From Acetobacter sp. (GTDB lineage: Bacteria > Pseudomonadota > Alphaproteobacteria > Acetobacterales > Acetobacteraceae), in the NCBI RefSeq assembly GCF_052102375.1, contig NZ_JBQDXI010000002.1:4159-68158 (forward strand): a DNA stretch of 64,000 nt, in the 5' to 3' direction. The position numbers and the translations under genes were made by a program. Below, piece by piece: positions 47,807 through 59,808 of the stretch. Under the pieces are notes generated by a model. It was not told the origin of the DNA. It did no database searches and was given only the letters and a program-made list of their open reading frames with translations. Each line of letters starts with the position of its first letter. The first letter of the stretch is position 1.

Positions 47807-48295
47807 TTAGGATGCGCTAGCTTCAGCTGCTTTCGGAGCAAGAACCTTAACGGAGCCACCAGCTTTTTCTACAGCTGCTACAGCAGATGCAGAAGCGCCG
47901 GAAACTTCAAAGGTAACTGCACGTGTCAGTTCGCCTTCACCCAAGATGCGCACACCAGCGTATTTGCCCGTTCCTACAAGACCTACTGTTTTCAGCAGAT
48001 CTTCTGTAACAACAGCACCGGCTTCAATCTTGCCATCCGCAATAGCTTTATCAACTGCACCAAGGTTAACTGGAGCATAAACCTTGCGGAAGATGTTCTT
48101 GAAGCCACGCTTTGGCAAACGACGGTAAAGCGGCAGCTGACCACCTTCGAAGCCGTTAAGGGAAACACCTTCACGTGCTTTCTGCCCCTTAACACCTTTA
48201 CCAGATGTCTTGCCTTTACCTGAGCCGATACCACGCCCAAGACGTTTTTTGCGATAACGAGAACCCTCGTTGTCGCGAAGCTCGTTCAGATTCAT
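47807..48295 (-). CDS. rplO: 50S ribosomal protein L15
   Basis: [34 protein letters not shown]. Confidence 0.98.
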   Translation of the reverse strand: MNLNELRDNEGSRYRKKRLGRGIGSGKGKTSGKGVKGQKAREGVSLNGFEGGQLPLYRRLPKRGFKNIFRKVYAPVNLGAVDKAIADGKIEAGAVVTEDLLKTVGLVGTGKYAGVRILGEGELTRAVTFEVSGASASAVAAVEKAGGSVKVLAPKAAEASAS

Positions 48296-48296
48296 A

Positions 48297-48482
48297 TCAA
48301 TCCTCCACCTTCACAAGGTGGGCCACTTTGCTGACCATACCGCGCGTTGACGGGGTATCTTCCAGAACCTTCTCGCGCCCGATCTTGTTAAGACCAAGCC
48401 CGATCAATGTTGCCTGCTGGCCAGGCTTGCGACCGTTACCGGAAGCAATCTGAGTAACCTTAAAGGTTTTTGCTTCAGACAT
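48297..48482 (-). CDS. rpmD: 50S ribosomal protein L30
   Basis: [36 protein letters not shown]; start at second Met. Confidence 0.95.
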   Translation of the reverse strand: MSEAKTFKVTQIASGNGRKPGQQATLIGLGLNKIGREKVLEDTPSTRGMVSKVAHLVKVED

Positions 48483-49053
48483 CTGCAGACTCCCCTGCAA
48501 CAGCTGCCTGATCACGTTTACCGAAGATTTCTGCAACCTTCTTACCGCGACGGTTAGCAACTGAACGTGGGCTTGCGCAACGTGTCAGAGCATCAAACGT
48601 GGCTTTCACCATGTTGTGCGGGTTACGCGTCCCGAGGGACTTCGCAACCACGTCATTGATGCCTAGGCTTTCGAAGACGGCACGCATTGGGCCACCCGCG
48701 ATGATACCCGTACCAGCTTCAGCCGAGCGCAGAACAACCTTACCGGCACCAAAGTGACCAGCAACGTCATGATGCAGGGTACGACCTTCTTTCATCGGTA
48801 CACGGATCATGCCGCGTTTCGCACGTTCCGTAGCCTTACGAATTGCTTCAGGCACTTCACGAGCTTTACCCGCACCATAACCAACGCGACCTTTCTGGTC
48901 ACCTACAACAACCAGTGCTGCAAAAGCGAAACGACGTCCGCCTTTTACAACCTTGGCAACGCGATTGATGGTGACCAGTTTATCAACCAGTTCATCACCT
49001 TCGCGTTCGCGATCACGGCCGCCTCGACCGCCTTCTCTTGGTTCACGAGCCAT
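48475..49053 (-). CDS. rpsE: 30S ribosomal protein S5
   Basis: [32 protein letters not shown]. Confidence 0.98.
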   Translation of the reverse strand: MAREPREGGRGGRDREREGDELVDKLVTINRVAKVVKGGRRFAFAALVVVGDQKGRVGYGAGKAREVPEAIRKATERAKRGMIRVPMKEGRTLHHDVAGHFGAGKVVLRSAEAGTGIIAGGPMRAVFESLGINDVVAKSLGTRNPHNMVKATFDALTRCASPRSVANRRGKKVAEIFGKRDQAAVAGESADV

Positions 49054-49068
49054 TACGTGATCCTTTCC

Positions 49069-49431
49069 TCAGAAGGAGAGACCGCCCTCGCGGGCAGCCT
49101 CCGCCAGCGCCTTCACGCGCCCATGATAAAGATATTCCCCACGGTCAAACACAACCAGAGAGACGCCTGCAGCAACAGCACGCTGGGCAACCAGCTTACC
49201 AACAGCGTTTGCGCTGTCTTTTGTTGCGCCCGTCTTCAGGGCTTCACGCAGTTCTTTATCCAGGCTGGAGGCAGCAGCGAGGGTACGCCCCTGCACATCA
49301 TCAATGACCTGCGCATAAATGTTTTTGCCAGACCGGAAGACCGATAGACGCGGACGACCACCAGCCTTGCGACGGAGCTGAAAACGGAGACGTGCACGCC
49401 GCCGATTCCGCAGTTCCTGCTGAGTGCTCAT
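49069..49431 (-). CDS. rplR: 50S ribosomal protein L18
   Basis: [36 protein letters not shown]. Confidence 0.98.
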   Translation of the reverse strand: MSTQQELRNRRRARLRFQLRRKAGGRPRLSVFRSGKNIYAQVIDDVQGRTLAAASSLDKELREALKTGATKDSANAVGKLVAQRAVAAGVSLVVFDRGEYLYHGRVKALAEAAREGGLSF

Positions 49432-49964
49432 TATTTCTTCTTGCCTTCCTTGCGACGAATGGTTTCCGTATCGTAACGCACGCCCTTGCCTTTATATGGC
49501 TCTGGCTTGCGGTAGCTGCGAATATCAAGAGCAACCTGACCTACGCGCTGCTTGTCGATACCTTCAACAACAATCGCGGTCGGACGCGGCGTGGAGATCT
49601 TGATACCCTGCGGAATCGGGTAAACCACGTCGTGAGAGAAACCGAGGTTCATCACAAGGTTGGAACCCTGAACAGCAGCACGATAACCTGTGCCGTTGAT
49701 TTCCAGAGTTTTTGAGAACCCATCAGAAACGCCTTTAACTGCTGTTGCAATCAAAGCGCGCGTTGTGCCCCACATCATGCGAGCCTGAGCGGCTGTGCCT
49801 ACGGGTTTAACCGAGACCTTACCGTCTTCAATAGCCGCTTCAATGTGAGAAGACAGCGGCAGCGAAAGTTCGCCAAGCTTGCCTTTTGCCTTGAAAATAC
49901 CATCTGCAATCGAGACGGTCACCCCACCAGGAACTTCGACGGGATATTTGCCTACACGTGACAT
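49431..49964 (-). CDS. rplF: 50S ribosomal protein L6
   Basis: [25 protein letters not shown]. Confidence 0.98.
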   Translation of the reverse strand: MSRVGKYPVEVPGGVTVSIADGIFKAKGKLGELSLPLSSHIEAAIEDGKVSVKPVGTAAQARMMWGTTRALIATAVKGVSDGFSKTLEINGTGYRAAVQGSNLVMNLGFSHDVVYPIPQGIKISTPRPTAIVVEGIDKQRVGQVALDIRSYRKPEPYKGKGVRYDTETIRRKEGKKK

Positions 49965-49974
49965 CTATCGCTCC

Positions 49975-50373
49975 TCAGAAGACGCGGCAGAGAACTTCAC
50001 CACCAACATTGGCAGTGCGAGCCTCGACATCGGACAGAACACCGCGTGGCGTAGACAGGATGGAAACACCCAAACCTGCACAAACCCGTGGCAGTTCTTT
50101 AATTTTAGAATAGACACGACGGCCCGGACGGGACACGCGGTGAATTTCTTTAATAACCGGCTCACCTTCAGAGTATTTCAGCTCGATATGAAGCTGAGTC
50201 ACACCCTTACGGACTTCTTCATGCTTATAGCCACGAATGTAGCCTTCACGCTGAAGAGCATCCAGAACGTTTGAACGCAGGTTAGAAGCCGGAGACACAC
50301 AGGACGCATGACGCGCACGCTGTGCGTTACGGATACGGGTGAGCATATCACCCAACGGATCAGAAAGTGACAT
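49975..50373 (-). CDS. rpsH: 30S ribosomal protein S8
   Basis: DPLGDMLTRIRNA, SRPGRRVY, GGEVLC. Confidence 0.98.
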   Translation of the reverse strand: MSLSDPLGDMLTRIRNAQRARHASCVSPASNLRSNVLDALQREGYIRGYKHEEVRKGVTQLHIELKYSEGEPVIKEIHRVSRPGRRVYSKIKELPRVCAGLGVSILSTPRGVLSDVEARTANVGGEVLCRVF

Positions 50374-50382
50374 TGTGCGCCC

Positions 50383-50688
50383 TTACCAGCTTGCTTTGAC
50401 CAGGCCTGGGATCTGGCCACCAGAAGCTAGATCACGCAGTGCAATGCGGCACAGTTCGAATTTACGATAGTTACCGCGAGAACGACCCGTAAGTTTGCAA
50501 CGCAGACGTACACGTACGCGAGACCCGTTACGAGGCAGTTCAGCCAGCTTCAAAGACGCATCGAACCGATCTTCCACAGGAAGCGTACGGTCCATAACAA
50601 TGTTTTTCAGCGCGGCACGCTTTTCTTTATCACGCGCGGACATACGTGCCCGTTTGGCATTCCGCGTGATGGCAGAAGTCTTAGCCAT
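50383..50688 (-). CDS. rpsN: 30S ribosomal protein S14 (long, zinc-independent form)
   Basis: [28 protein letters not shown]. Confidence 0.97.
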   Translation of the reverse strand: MAKTSAITRNAKRARMSARDKEKRAALKNIVMDRTLPVEDRFDASLKLAELPRNGSRVRVRLRCKLTGRSRGNYRKFELCRIALRDLASGGQIPGLVKASW

Positions 50689-50771
50689 ATAAATCTATCC
50701 TCCGGAACCCTTCGAAAACCTTCGACGGTTTTCCAAGACAACAACACCTGAAAACAGGTAGACTATTTCCC

Positions 50772-51341
50772 TTAGGCTGCAAAGGGAAGTTCGAATGCTT
50801 TAAGAAGCGCCTTAGCTTCAGCATCCGTTTTTGCGCTGGTCACGAACACAATGTCCATACCACGGATATCATCCACTTTATCGTAGTCAATTTCCGGGAA
50901 AACAAGCTGTTCTTTCAAACCGAGAGCAAAGTTGCCACGTCCGTCGAACCCTTTGTTTGCAGGCAAACCGCGGAAGTCACGGATGCGTGGCATAGCGATC
51001 GTTACGAGACGATCAAGGAATTCGTACATCTGCACGCGGCGCAGAGTAACTTTACAACCAATCGGCAGACCTTCACGAATCTTGAAGCCTGCAATAGCTT
51101 TTTTAGCCACAGTCTTGACTGGCTTTTGACCAGCAATCAGTGTCATTTCAGCAACAGCCGCATCAAGCTTCTTCTGGTCACCAGCAGCTTCACCAACGCC
51201 CATATTCAGGACGATTTTTTCAAGCCGCGGAACCTGCATAACGTTTGTGTAACCAAACTGCTCACGAAGCTTCGCACGCAGTTCGTTTTCATAACGCTCC
51301 TGAAGACGAGGAACGGAACGAACGCTCTTAGACTCAGTCAT
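50772..51341 (-). CDS. rplE: 50S ribosomal protein L5
   Basis: [32 protein letters not shown]. Confidence 0.98.
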   Translation of the reverse strand: MTESKSVRSVPRLQERYENELRAKLREQFGYTNVMQVPRLEKIVLNMGVGEAAGDQKKLDAAVAEMTLIAGQKPVKTVAKKAIAGFKIREGLPIGCKVTLRRVQMYEFLDRLVTIAMPRIRDFRGLPANKGFDGRGNFALGLKEQLVFPEIDYDKVDDIRGMDIVFVTSAKTDAEAKALLKAFELPFAA

Positions 51342-51351
51342 TCTCGCCCCC

Positions 51352-51672
51352 TCAGCCTTCGATTACTTCGCCGGTTGCCTTAGCAACGCGGACTTTGCGG
51401 CCATCTTCCAGAACACGGAAACCAACGCGGGTAGGCTTCTTGGAAGCAGGATCGACCAGCTTCAGGTTTGAAAGATGAATCGGGGCTTCACGAGAAATGA
51501 TGCCGCCTTCTCCACCCATGCGAGTCGCTTTCTGGTGACGCTTAACGATAGCAACACCGCGCACGATGGCGCGATTTTCTGCCGGACGCACAGAAAGCAC
51601 TTCACCTTGAGTCCCTTTTGAGGAACCAGTGATAACAACGACCGTGTCGCCTTTTTTAATACGCGCAGCCAT
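51352..51672 (-). CDS. rplX: 50S ribosomal protein L24
   Basis: [20 protein letters not shown]. Confidence 0.97.
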   Translation of the reverse strand: MAARIKKGDTVVVITGSSKGTQGEVLSVRPAENRAIVRGVAIVKRHQKATRMGGEGGIISREAPIHLSNLKLVDPASKKPTRVGFRVLEDGRKVRVAKATGEVIEG

Positions 51673-52040
51673 TATAGCACCTCCGGCGCCAGAGAGATGA
51701 TTTTCATGAACTTGCGCGCACGCAGTTCACGAACAACCGGGCCAAAGATACGCGTACCAATCGGCTCCTGCTGCTTGTTGATCAGAACGGCAGCATTCTT
51801 ATCAAAACGGATTGCGCTGCCATCAGGACGGCGAACCGGATAAGAGGTACGAACGATCACAGCTTGGTGGACGTCGCCTTTTTTCACCTTCCCACGGGGG
51901 ATGGCTTCCTTGACGGAAACGACGATCACGTCGCCGACCGAGGCAGACTTCCGTTTGGAGCCGCCCAGCACCTTGATGCACTGCACCTGACGAGCACCTG
52001 AGTTATCGGCAACGTCGAGGTTGGTCTCGGGATGGATCAT
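51672..52040 (-). CDS. rplN: 50S ribosomal protein L14
   Basis: [37 protein letters not shown]. Confidence 0.98.
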   Translation of the reverse strand: MIHPETNLDVADNSGARQVQCIKVLGGSKRKSASVGDVIVVSVKEAIPRGKVKKGDVHQAVIVRTSYPVRRPDGSAIRFDKNAAVLINKQQEPIGTRIFGPVVRELRARKFMKIISLAPEVL

Positions 52041-52059
52041 GTCTTAGATATCCTTAAAC

Positions 52060-52332
52060 TTAAGCCGACACGCCAGCGGCAGAAGCGTCAACGGTTTCGC
52101 CATTGCGAGAAACCACAGCCCACGTCTTACGCCGGGAAATCGGGGTGCACTCAATAATTCGCACCGCATCACCCACCTTGCAGACATTTTCTTCATCATG
52201 CGCCGCATATTTTTTAGAGCGACGGATGAACTTCTTATACAGCGGATGCATGACGCGACGATCGACAAGAACCGTAACGGTCTTGTCCATCTTGTCGCTA
52301 GTCACACGCCCGGTAAGGACGCGCCTTGGCAT
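52060..52332 (-). CDS. rpsQ: 30S ribosomal protein S17
   Basis: [41 protein letters not shown]. Confidence 0.97.
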   Translation of the reverse strand: MPRRVLTGRVTSDKMDKTVTVLVDRRVMHPLYKKFIRRSKKYAAHDEENVCKVGDAVRIIECTPISRRKTWAVVSRNGETVDASAAGVSA

Positions 52333-52345
52333 CGTCCAACTCCCT

Positions 52346-52582
52346 TCAGGAAATGGCAGCAGATGTTTTTGCACCTGCTGCAGTCTTTTCATTTTGCGCG
52401 ACAATCGTCTTGATGCGCGCAATTTCACGACGGACAACCCGAACACGGCTCTGGCCTTCGGTTTGCCCGGTTGCCTGCTGGAAACGGAGGTTGAGCTGTT
52501 CGCGCTTCAGCTCAATCAGAAGCGCGTTCAGTTCATCGGCCGTTTTGGCACGCAGATCAGCTGGCTTTGTTGCCTTTGCCAT
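52346..52582 (-). CDS. rpmC: 50S ribosomal protein L29
   Basis: [30 protein letters not shown]. Confidence 0.95.
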   Translation of the reverse strand: MAKATKPADLRAKTADELNALLIELKREQLNLRFQQATGQTEGQSRVRVVRREIARIKTIVAQNEKTAAGAKTSAAIS

Positions 52583-52583
52583 C

Positions 52584-53000
52584 TCACGCATCTCCAATTC
52601 GGGTCACAAACTTGGTCTTAATCGGCAGCTTTGCAGCACCAAGAGCCAGCGCTTCACGCGCGACTTCTGGTGGCACACCTTCGATTTCGAACAGAATGCG
52701 ACCTGGCTTCACACGGGCTACCCAGTATTCGGGAGATCCCTTGCCGGACCCCATACGCACTTCTGCAGGCTTTGTCGAGACCGGAAGGTCAGGAAAAATA
52801 CGAATCCATACCCGACCCGCACGTTTCATAGCCCTGGTAATAGCACGACGGGATGCTTCGATCTGGCGTGCCGTAATACGTTCGGGCTGAAGAGCCTTCA
52901 GACCGAACGTACCAAAGTTAAGCGTTGTACCGCTTTTGGCGAGGCCGTGAATACGACCTTTATGCGCCTTACGGAATTTTGTCCGCTTTGGAGAAAGCAT
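52584..53000 (-). CDS. rplP: 50S ribosomal protein L16
   Basis: [26 protein letters not shown]. Confidence 0.98.
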   Translation of the reverse strand: MLSPKRTKFRKAHKGRIHGLAKSGTTLNFGTFGLKALQPERITARQIEASRRAITRAMKRAGRVWIRIFPDLPVSTKPAEVRMGSGKGSPEYWVARVKPGRILFEIEGVPPEVAREALALGAAKLPIKTKFVTRIGDA

Positions 53001-53018
53001 TATCTTTTATCCTTCGCC

Positions 53019-53696
53019 TCAGCGCTGAGGAGCCTGTTCGGCTGCCCGGCGGTCCTGAGCCATGGGGTCATGCGCGAGGATCTCACCTTTGAAGATCCAA
53101 ACCTTCACACCGCAAGCACCATAGGTGGTCTGTGCGGTTGCCGTACCGTAGTCGATGTCAGCACGCAGCGTGTGAAGAGGCACGCGACCTTCGCGGTACC
53201 ACTCGATACGAGCGATTTCCGCGCCACCAAGACGACCAGAGCAGTTGATACGAATACCCTGTGCGCCAAGACGCATAGCGGACTGCACAGCGCGCTTCAT
53301 GGCACGACGGAAAGCCACACGACGTTCCAGCTGCTGAGCAATGTTGTCAGCAACCAGCGTCGCATCGATTTCCGGCTTACGGATTTCGACGATGTTCAGT
53401 GCAACTTCGGTACCGGCCATCCGGGTCAGCTCTTTACGCAGAGCGTCAATATCCTGACCTTTTTTACCAATCACGACGCCTGGGCGTGCTGCATAAATCG
53501 TAACGCGCGGCTTTTTAGCCGGACGTTCGATAACAACACGAGACACGCCTGCACCAGAAAGCTTGCGGCGCAGGAATGCGCGCAGCTTCAGGTCTTCATG
53601 CAGCAGGCGGGAGTAGTCGGCATCAGCGTACCAACGGCTATCCCACGTGCGATTGATCCCGAGCCGAAGCCCGATTGGATTAACTTTGTGTCCCAT
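53019..53696 (-). CDS. rpsC: 30S ribosomal protein S3
   Basis: [35 protein letters not shown]. Confidence 0.98.
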   Translation of the reverse strand: MGHKVNPIGLRLGINRTWDSRWYADADYSRLLHEDLKLRAFLRRKLSGAGVSRVVIERPAKKPRVTIYAARPGVVIGKKGQDIDALRKELTRMAGTEVALNIVEIRKPEIDATLVADNIAQQLERRVAFRRAMKRAVQSAMRLGAQGIRINCSGRLGGAEIARIEWYREGRVPLHTLRADIDYGTATAQTTYGACGVKVWIFKGEILAHDPMAQDRRAAEQAPQR

Positions 53697-53699
53697 ACC

Positions 53700-54110
53700 T
53701 CAGGCCGCCTTCTGCTCAGTAGAAGCTGCTTCAGGCTCAGGAGCCCGCTCTGCAACGACAATCTTCAGATGGCTGAAGAATTTTTCCACACGGGCGGAAC
53801 GACCACGGCCACGGGCGTGGAAACGCCGCATGACAATAGACTTCCCAACCTCAGCTGTCTTGACCACCAGCTGATCAACATCAAGCTGATGATTGTTCTC
53901 GGCGTTCGCGATTGCACTTTCGAGGGTCTTTTTGACCTGCTGCGCAATACGACGCTTAGAGAACGTCAAGGTGGCGACTGCCTGAGACGCTGGCTTGTTG
54001 CGGATAAGACCCGCAACAAGGTTCAACTTACGGGGACTAACCCGAATGTTGCGCGTAACGGCCTGCGCTTCTGTTTCCGCGAGCGTGCGCGGCTGCTTCG
54101 GCTTGCTCAT
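53700..54110 (-). CDS. rplV: 50S ribosomal protein L22
   Basis: [25 protein letters not shown]. Confidence 0.98.
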   Translation of the reverse strand: MSKPKQPRTLAETEAQAVTRNIRVSPRKLNLVAGLIRNKPASQAVATLTFSKRRIAQQVKKTLESAIANAENNHQLDVDQLVVKTAEVGKSIVMRRFHARGRGRSARVEKFFSHLKIVVAERAPEPEAASTEQKAA

Positions 54111-54112
54111 TG

Positions 54113-54391
54113 TTAGCCCCGCTTCGACTTTTTGTCGGCCCCATGCCCGTGGAATGTACGGGTGGGAGAGAATTCACCGAACTTGTGTCCGACCATGTTC
54201 TCTGTCACCTGCACAGGCAGGAACTTATGACCATTATAAACACCGAACGTCAGTCCTACGAACTGCGGAAGGATCGTGGAACGACGTGACCAGATCTTGA
54301 TCACTTCGTTACGACCCGACGCGCGGGACGCTTCGGCTTTGCTCAGCAGATACCCGTCGACGAACGGGCCTTTCCAGACGGAACGTGCCAT
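54113..54391 (-). CDS. rpsS: 30S ribosomal protein S19
   Basis: [28 protein letters not shown]. Confidence 0.98.
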   Translation of the reverse strand: MARSVWKGPFVDGYLLSKAEASRASGRNEVIKIWSRRSTILPQFVGLTFGVYNGHKFLPVQVTENMVGHKFGEFSPTRTFHGHGADKKSKRG

Positions 54392-54404
54392 CTTCTATTG
54401 CCCC

Positions 54405-55235
54405 TTACTTGCCGGTCTTGCGACGACGGATAATCAGACTGTCCGTACGCTTATTGACCCGAGTTTTGTAACCTTTGGTGGGCTTGCCCCACGGTGTGAC
54501 CGGATGGCGACCACCAGACGTACGGCCTTCACCACCACCATGCGGATGGTCAACCGGGTTCATGACGACGCCACGGTTATGTGGACGACGGCCCAACCAA
54601 CGGGCACGACCGGCTTTACCCAGATGCTGGTTCATGTTGTCTGGGTTGGACACGGCACCAACGGTAGCCATGCATTCACCACGGACAATACGAAGCTCGC
54701 CAGACTGCAATTTGATCTGTGCGGAGCCAGCGTCTTTACCCACGAGCTGAGCATAGGTCCCTGCAGAGCGTGCCATTTTGCCGCCCGCACCCTGTTTCAG
54801 CTCAATGTTGTGCACAATGGTACCGACCGGAATAGCGGCCAGCGGCATTGCGTTACCTGGCTTAATGTCAACGCGTGCGCCAGCGATAACATTATCACCA
54901 ACTTTCAGACGCTGCGGAGCCAGAATGTAAGCCAGTTCACCGTCTTCATACTTCACAAGCGCAATGAACGCTGTGCGGTTGGGGTCATATTCCAGACGCT
55001 CAACCGTACCCAGCACGTCAAACTTGCGACGCTTGAAGTCAATGTAACGGTAAGACTGTTTGTGACCACCGCCACGGAAGAAAGAAGTCGTACGGCCGTT
55101 ATTGTTACGACCACCCGTCTTGTTCTTACCTTCGGTCAGCTGCTTGACTGGCTTACCTTTCCAAAGGTCAGCGCGGTCAATCAGAACCGTACCACGAAGG
55201 CTCGGCGTGACGGGATTAAAGTGCTTCAGTGCCAT
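54405..55235 (-). CDS. rplB: 50S ribosomal protein L2
   Basis: [30 protein letters not shown]. Confidence 0.98.
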   Translation of the reverse strand: MALKHFNPVTPSLRGTVLIDRADLWKGKPVKQLTEGKNKTGGRNNNGRTTSFFRGGGHKQSYRYIDFKRRKFDVLGTVERLEYDPNRTAFIALVKYEDGELAYILAPQRLKVGDNVIAGARVDIKPGNAMPLAAIPVGTIVHNIELKQGAGGKMARSAGTYAQLVGKDAGSAQIKLQSGELRIVRGECMATVGAVSNPDNMNQHLGKAGRARWLGRRPHNRGVVMNPVDHPHGGGEGRTSGGRHPVTPWGKPTKGYKTRVNKRTDSLIIRRRKTGK

Positions 55236-55251
55236 ATGTTCCTACCCCACG

Positions 55252-55587
55252 TCAGGCCAGTTTGGCGGTCAGGTCAATAGACTGACCTTCTGCAAGCTGA
55301 ACGAACGCCTTTTTGATGTCAGAACGCTGCCCCAGACGCCCTTTAAAGCGCTTGGCCTTGCCCTTCTGGACAAGGGTGTTAACACCAACAACCTTGACGC
55401 CAAACAGTGTTTCCACTGCGACTTTGATTTCAGGTTTGGTTGCTGTCATGGCAACCTTGAATGCAACCTGATTTTTTTCGGAAAGCGCGGTTGCCTTTTC
55501 CGTGATCAGCGGCGCACGAATGATGTCGTACAATGCTTCACGGGAAAGACGCTCAGCTTTCTTGCGCACTGCAAGAATGTTGGTCAT
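55252..55587 (-). CDS. rplW: 50S ribosomal protein L23
   Basis: [33 protein letters not shown]. Confidence 0.97.
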   Translation of the reverse strand: MTNILAVRKKAERLSREALYDIIRAPLITEKATALSEKNQVAFKVAMTATKPEIKVAVETLFGVKVVGVNTLVQKGKAKRFKGRLGQRSDIKKAFVQLAEGQSIDLTAKLA

Positions 55588-56198
55588 GCCAGGCGCTCCT
55601 TCAGACCTTCGAGACCTGCCTGGGTGATGGCCAGAACCTCGTGGTTAAGAATGTCATAAACGTTGGCGCCGATGGTCGGTAGAACATCGATTTTAGGCAG
55701 GTTACGTGCAGCACGTACGAAGCCTTCATCAACAGCAGCGTCAACAATGAGGGCGGATTTAAGGCCGAGGTTCTTCAGCTTAACAGCCAGTTCGCTCGTG
55801 CGTTCAATGCCAGAAGCAGACTGCAGAACAATCAGCTTGCCGTCCTGAGCTTTCTGTGAAAGCGCAGAGATCAGGCCCATACGACGGATTTTCTTTGGCA
55901 GATCATAGCCGTGGTCGCGAACAACCGGCCCATGAACAACACCACCCGTACGATACTGAGGCGAACGCAGAGAGCCCTGACGAGCGCTACCTGTGCCTTT
56001 CTGCTTGTATGGCTTTTTGGTCGTGCCGGACACTTCGCCCATGCCTTTGACCTTGTGTGTACCAGCGCGGCGTTTTGCCAACTGCCAGTGAACAACACGC
56101 GCCATAATGTCTGCACGCGGAGCAACCGCAAACAGCTCATCAGGGAGAGTAGCAGACCCTGCTGTGCCGTTATCAAGCGTTTTGATTTCGATTTCCAT
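55584..56198 (-). CDS. rplD: 50S ribosomal protein L4
   Basis: [29 protein letters not shown]. Confidence 0.98.
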   Translation of the reverse strand: MEIEIKTLDNGTAGSATLPDELFAVAPRADIMARVVHWQLAKRRAGTHKVKGMGEVSGTTKKPYKQKGTGSARQGSLRSPQYRTGGVVHGPVVRDHGYDLPKKIRRMGLISALSQKAQDGKLIVLQSASGIERTSELAVKLKNLGLKSALIVDAAVDEGFVRAARNLPKIDVLPTIGANVYDILNHEVLAITQAGLEGLKERLA

Positions 56199-56202
56199 GA
56201 CC

Positions 56203-56886
56203 TCAGCCCTCCGCCGTCACGAGAGCTGCCGGATATGGCGCATCGACATGGCGGGCTTTTTTGATCGCATCACGAATCAGGACGGTGCTGTTTTTTGCAC
56301 CGGGAATGGAGCCACGCACCATAACCAGATTCTTTTCCGGATCGATCGCTGCAATTTCAAGATTCAGGGTGGTGATACGTTCGTCACCCAGATGGCCTGC
56401 CATCTTTTTGTTCTTGAAGGTTTTGCCGGGATCCTGACGGTTACCGGTAGAACCATGAGAACGGTGTGAGATCGAAACACCATGGCTGGCTTCCAGACCG
56501 GCAAAGTTCCAGCGCTTCATGGCGCCTGCGAAACCTTTACCTTTACTGGTGCCGGTCACGTCCACTTTCTGGCCAACAACGAAGTGTGAAGCAGAAAGAG
56601 TTGCGCCGATCTCAAGCGTTGCATCATCAGCAACACGAAATTCGCGAACAACTTTTTTCGGCTCAACCTTCGTGCGGGCAAAATGGCCGCGGTTGGGCTG
56701 GGTGACATTTTTCACCTTGGCTTTGCCCATACCCAACTGAACAGCTGTATAGCCATCACGTTCCTGAGTACGGACATCAACCACCTGCAACGCATCTACG
56801 TGCAGGACGGTGACGGGCACATGCGTGCCATCTTCCTTGAAGAGTCGGGACATGCCCAACTTTTTTGCGATCAATCCGGTGCGCAT
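56203..56886 (-). CDS. rplC: 50S ribosomal protein L3
   Basis: [33 protein letters not shown]. Confidence 0.98.
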   Translation of the reverse strand: MRTGLIAKKLGMSRLFKEDGTHVPVTVLHVDALQVVDVRTQERDGYTAVQLGMGKAKVKNVTQPNRGHFARTKVEPKKVVREFRVADDATLEIGATLSASHFVVGQKVDVTGTSKGKGFAGAMKRWNFAGLEASHGVSISHRSHGSTGNRQDPGKTFKNKKMAGHLGDERITTLNLEIAAIDPEKNLVMVRGSIPGAKNSTVLIRDAIKKARHVDAPYPAALVTAEG

Positions 56887-56896
56887 CGTCTGGACC

Positions 56897-57205
56897 TTAA
56901 AGTTTGATCTCGACATCTACGCCAGCGGCGAGGTCGAGTTTCATGAGGGCGTCCACGGTCTGCGGAGTTGGCTCGACAATATCGAGCAAGCGGCGGTGAG
57001 TCCGAATTTCGAACTGTTCGCGGCTTTTTTTGTCCACGTGGGGAGAGCGGTTAACAGTAAACCGTTCGATATGCGTCGGCAGCGGGATAGGACCCCGAAC
57101 CCGCGCACCCGTACGCTTCGCCGTGTTTACGATCTCTTTTGTGCTGTTATCAAGCACGCGGTGATCGTACGCCTTTAGGCGAATGCGGATGTTCTGGTTG
57201 TCCAT
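56897..57205 (-). CDS. rpsJ: 30S ribosomal protein S10
   Basis: [35 protein letters not shown]. Confidence 0.98.
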   Translation of the reverse strand: MDNQNIRIRLKAYDHRVLDNSTKEIVNTAKRTGARVRGPIPLPTHIERFTVNRSPHVDKKSREQFEIRTHRRLLDIVEPTPQTVDALMKLDLAAGVDVEIKL

Positions 57206-57260
57206 TGTTTTTTAGTCCAACACTTTAACTTGTCCGGGGAAACCCGGCCGCCAAGTAAGA

Positions 57261-57285
57261 CCCCGGCTGAGTGACTCAGCCGGGG
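57261..57285. repeat. Near-perfect 25-bp palindrome between tuf and rpsJ
   Basis: CCCCGGCTGAGT-G-ACTCAGCCGGGG. Confidence 0.85.
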
Positions 57286-57314
57286 CCATACAGTCCTTGG
57301 CCTCTTTACCGAAA

Positions 57315-58505
57315 TTATTCGGAGATGGAAGCCACAACGCCTGCACCAACGGTACGGCCGCCTTCGCGAATAGCGAAACGCAGGCCTTCATCCATGGCGA
57401 TCGGCGCAATCAGTTCAACATCCATAGCGCAGTTATCGCCAGGCATGACCATTTCCGTACCTTCTGGCAGGTGCACAACACCCGTCACGTCGGTTGTACG
57501 GAAGTAGAACTGCGGACGATAGTTTGTGAAGAACGGAGTATGACGGCCGCCTTCTTCTTTCGTCAGGATGTAAGCTTCAGCTTTAAACTTCTTGTGCGGG
57601 GTGATTGAACCCGGCTTAGCAAGAACCTGGCCACGCTCAACGTCTTCACGCTTCGTACCACGAACCAGCGCACCGATGTTGTCACCAGCTTCACCGCGAT
57701 CAAGCAGCTTACGGAACATTTCAACGCCTGTAACAGTCGTCTTCACGGTGTCTTTCAGACCCACGATTTCAACTTCGTCACCAACGTTAACAACACCACG
57801 CTCAACGCGACCCGTCACCACGGTACCACGACCGGAGATGGAGAACACGTCTTCGATCGGCATCAGGAACGGACGGTCAACCGGACGTTCTGGCTGCGGG
57901 ATGTAGGCATCAACTGCATCCATCAGGTCGCGAACGCGGTTTTCACCAATTTCCGGATCACCATCTTCGAGGGTTACCAGAGCAGACCCTTTGATGATGG
58001 GGATATCGTCGCCAGGGAACTGGTAAGAAGACAGAAGTTCACGGACTTCCATTTCAACCAGCTCAAGCAGTTCCGGATCGTCAACCTGATCAACTTTGTT
58101 CAGGAACACAACCAGAGCAGGCACACCAACCTGACGAGCAAGCAGGATGTGCTCACGGGTCTGTGGCATTGGGCCGTCAGCTGCGGACACAACCAGGATT
58201 GCGCCGTCCATCTGAGCAGCACCGGTGATCATGTTCTTCACATAGTCAGCGTGTCCGGGGCAGTCCACGTGAGCATAGTGACGGTTAGCAGTTTCATATT
58301 CCACGTGAGCCGTAGAAATGGTGATACCACGAGCGCGTTCTTCAGGAGCAGCATCGATCTGGTCGTATGCTTTGAATTCTGCGCCACCAGCTTTCGCCAG
58401 CGTCTTGGTGATGGCAGCCGTCAGAGACGTCTTACCATGGTCAACGTGACCAATGGTACCAATGTTACAGTGCGGTTTATTCCGCTCAAACTTAGCCTTA
58501 GCCAT
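57315..58505 (-). CDS. tuf: Elongation factor Tu
   Basis: [50 protein letters not shown]. Confidence 0.99.
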   Translation of the reverse strand: MAKAKFERNKPHCNIGTIGHVDHGKTSLTAAITKTLAKAGGAEFKAYDQIDAAPEERARGITISTAHVEYETANRHYAHVDCPGHADYVKNMITGAAQMDGAILVVSAADGPMPQTREHILLARQVGVPALVVFLNKVDQVDDPELLELVEMEVRELLSSYQFPGDDIPIIKGSALVTLEDGDPEIGENRVRDLMDAVDAYIPQPERPVDRPFLMPIEDVFSISGRGTVVTGRVERGVVNVGDEVEIVGLKDTVKTTVTGVEMFRKLLDRGEAGDNIGALVRGTKREDVERGQVLAKPGSITPHKKFKAEAYILTKEEGGRHTPFFTNYRPQFYFRTTDVTGVVHLPEGTEMVMPGDNCAMDVELIAPIAMDEGLRFAIREGGRTVGAGVVASISE

Positions 58506-58600
58506 TTTTCCACTCCATACCCCTCGCCACATGCAAGGAGCAGTTTCCAAATAAGTCTACCAGCACCCCAAAACAAGGGAGCGCCAGCATACTCGAATGA

Positions 58601-59080
<480 letters not shown>

Positions 59081-59091
59081 TTAACCTTCCC

Positions 59092-59463
59092 TTACTTCGG
59101 ACGCTTAGCGCCATAAAGCGAACGCCGCTGGCGACGCTTTGCGATACCCTGGGTATCGAGAACACCGCGAAGGATATGGTAACGCACACCCGGAAGATCT
59201 TTTACACGACCGCCACGGATTAGCACGACGCTATGTTCCTGAAGGTTATGGCCTTCACCCGGAATATAGCTAACCACCTCATAGCCGTTCGTCAGACGCA
59301 CCTTGGCAACTTTACGCAGGGCGGAGTTCGGCTTTTTAGGCGTCGTCGTATAAACACGGGTGCAAACACCACGTTTCTGAGGGCAACTCTGCAGAGCAGG
59401 CACTTTATTGCGCTTAACTGCAGGCTTGCGCCCTTTGGCAATGAGCTGGTTGATGGTCGGCAT
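59092..59463 (-). CDS. rpsL: 30S ribosomal protein S12
   Basis: [31 protein letters not shown]. Confidence 0.99.
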   Translation of the reverse strand: MPTINQLIAKGRKPAVKRNKVPALQSCPQKRGVCTRVYTTTPKKPNSALRKVAKVRLTNGYEVVSYIPGEGHNLQEHSVVLIRGGRVKDLPGVRYHILRGVLDTQGIAKRRQRRSLYGAKRPK

Positions 59464-59665
59464 GCGCCTTTCCCGATCCTTACACAGTTCGGTCGGCTAG
59501 TCTTTTCATCGACTGCCGACTGTCATTTGAAAATCCCATCGAGCAAAACGCTCATATGGGGCTATGTTGACATCCGGCGTTGCTTCCTGCCGGAAGCCAA
59601 CCGCATGTTTTACAAAGAATTACGATTTACCCCTGCCCCTGCAATGGAGCGGAGCTGAGGGCTGC

Positions 59666-59694
59666 TACCTAACCCTGTGCCCACGCGAAGTCAA
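59666..59694 (-). promoter_or_regulatory. Candidate sigma70 promoter of the str operon
   Basis: TTGACT (59689-59694), 17 nt, TAGGTA (59666-59671), downstream of the rpoC terminator. Confidence 0.6.
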
Positions 59695-59746
59695 GCGGAG
59701 AGACGCGATTCTTAAGGTTTTCAGCCGATAACCCTCTATAAAATAG

Positions 59747-59777
59747 AAAAAGGGGCCGGAGCGTTAGCCCCGACCCC
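59747..59777 (-). terminator. Intrinsic terminator of rpoC
   Basis: Minus strand GGGGTCGGGGC-taac-GCTCCGGCCCC then TTTTT. Confidence 0.85.
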
Positions 59778-59808
59778 CTATTCCGAGCCTAGTGCCCTCT
59801 ATTAAGGC

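Noticed and set aside
50383-50688. Zinc-free S14 as a zinc-starvation paralog
   Set aside because: The long zinc-independent form in the main spc operon is the standard proteobacterial type.
52326-54116. 596-aa plus-strand ORF
   Set aside because: Antisense shadow of rpmC-rplP-rpsC-rplV; no recognisable motifs; long antisense frames are expected opposite strongly biased codons.
54276-55280. 334-aa plus-strand ORF
   Set aside because: Antisense shadow of rplB and rpsS.
59092-59463. Streptomycin-resistance substitutions in S12
   Set aside because: TPKKPNS and RVKDLPG motifs are wild type.
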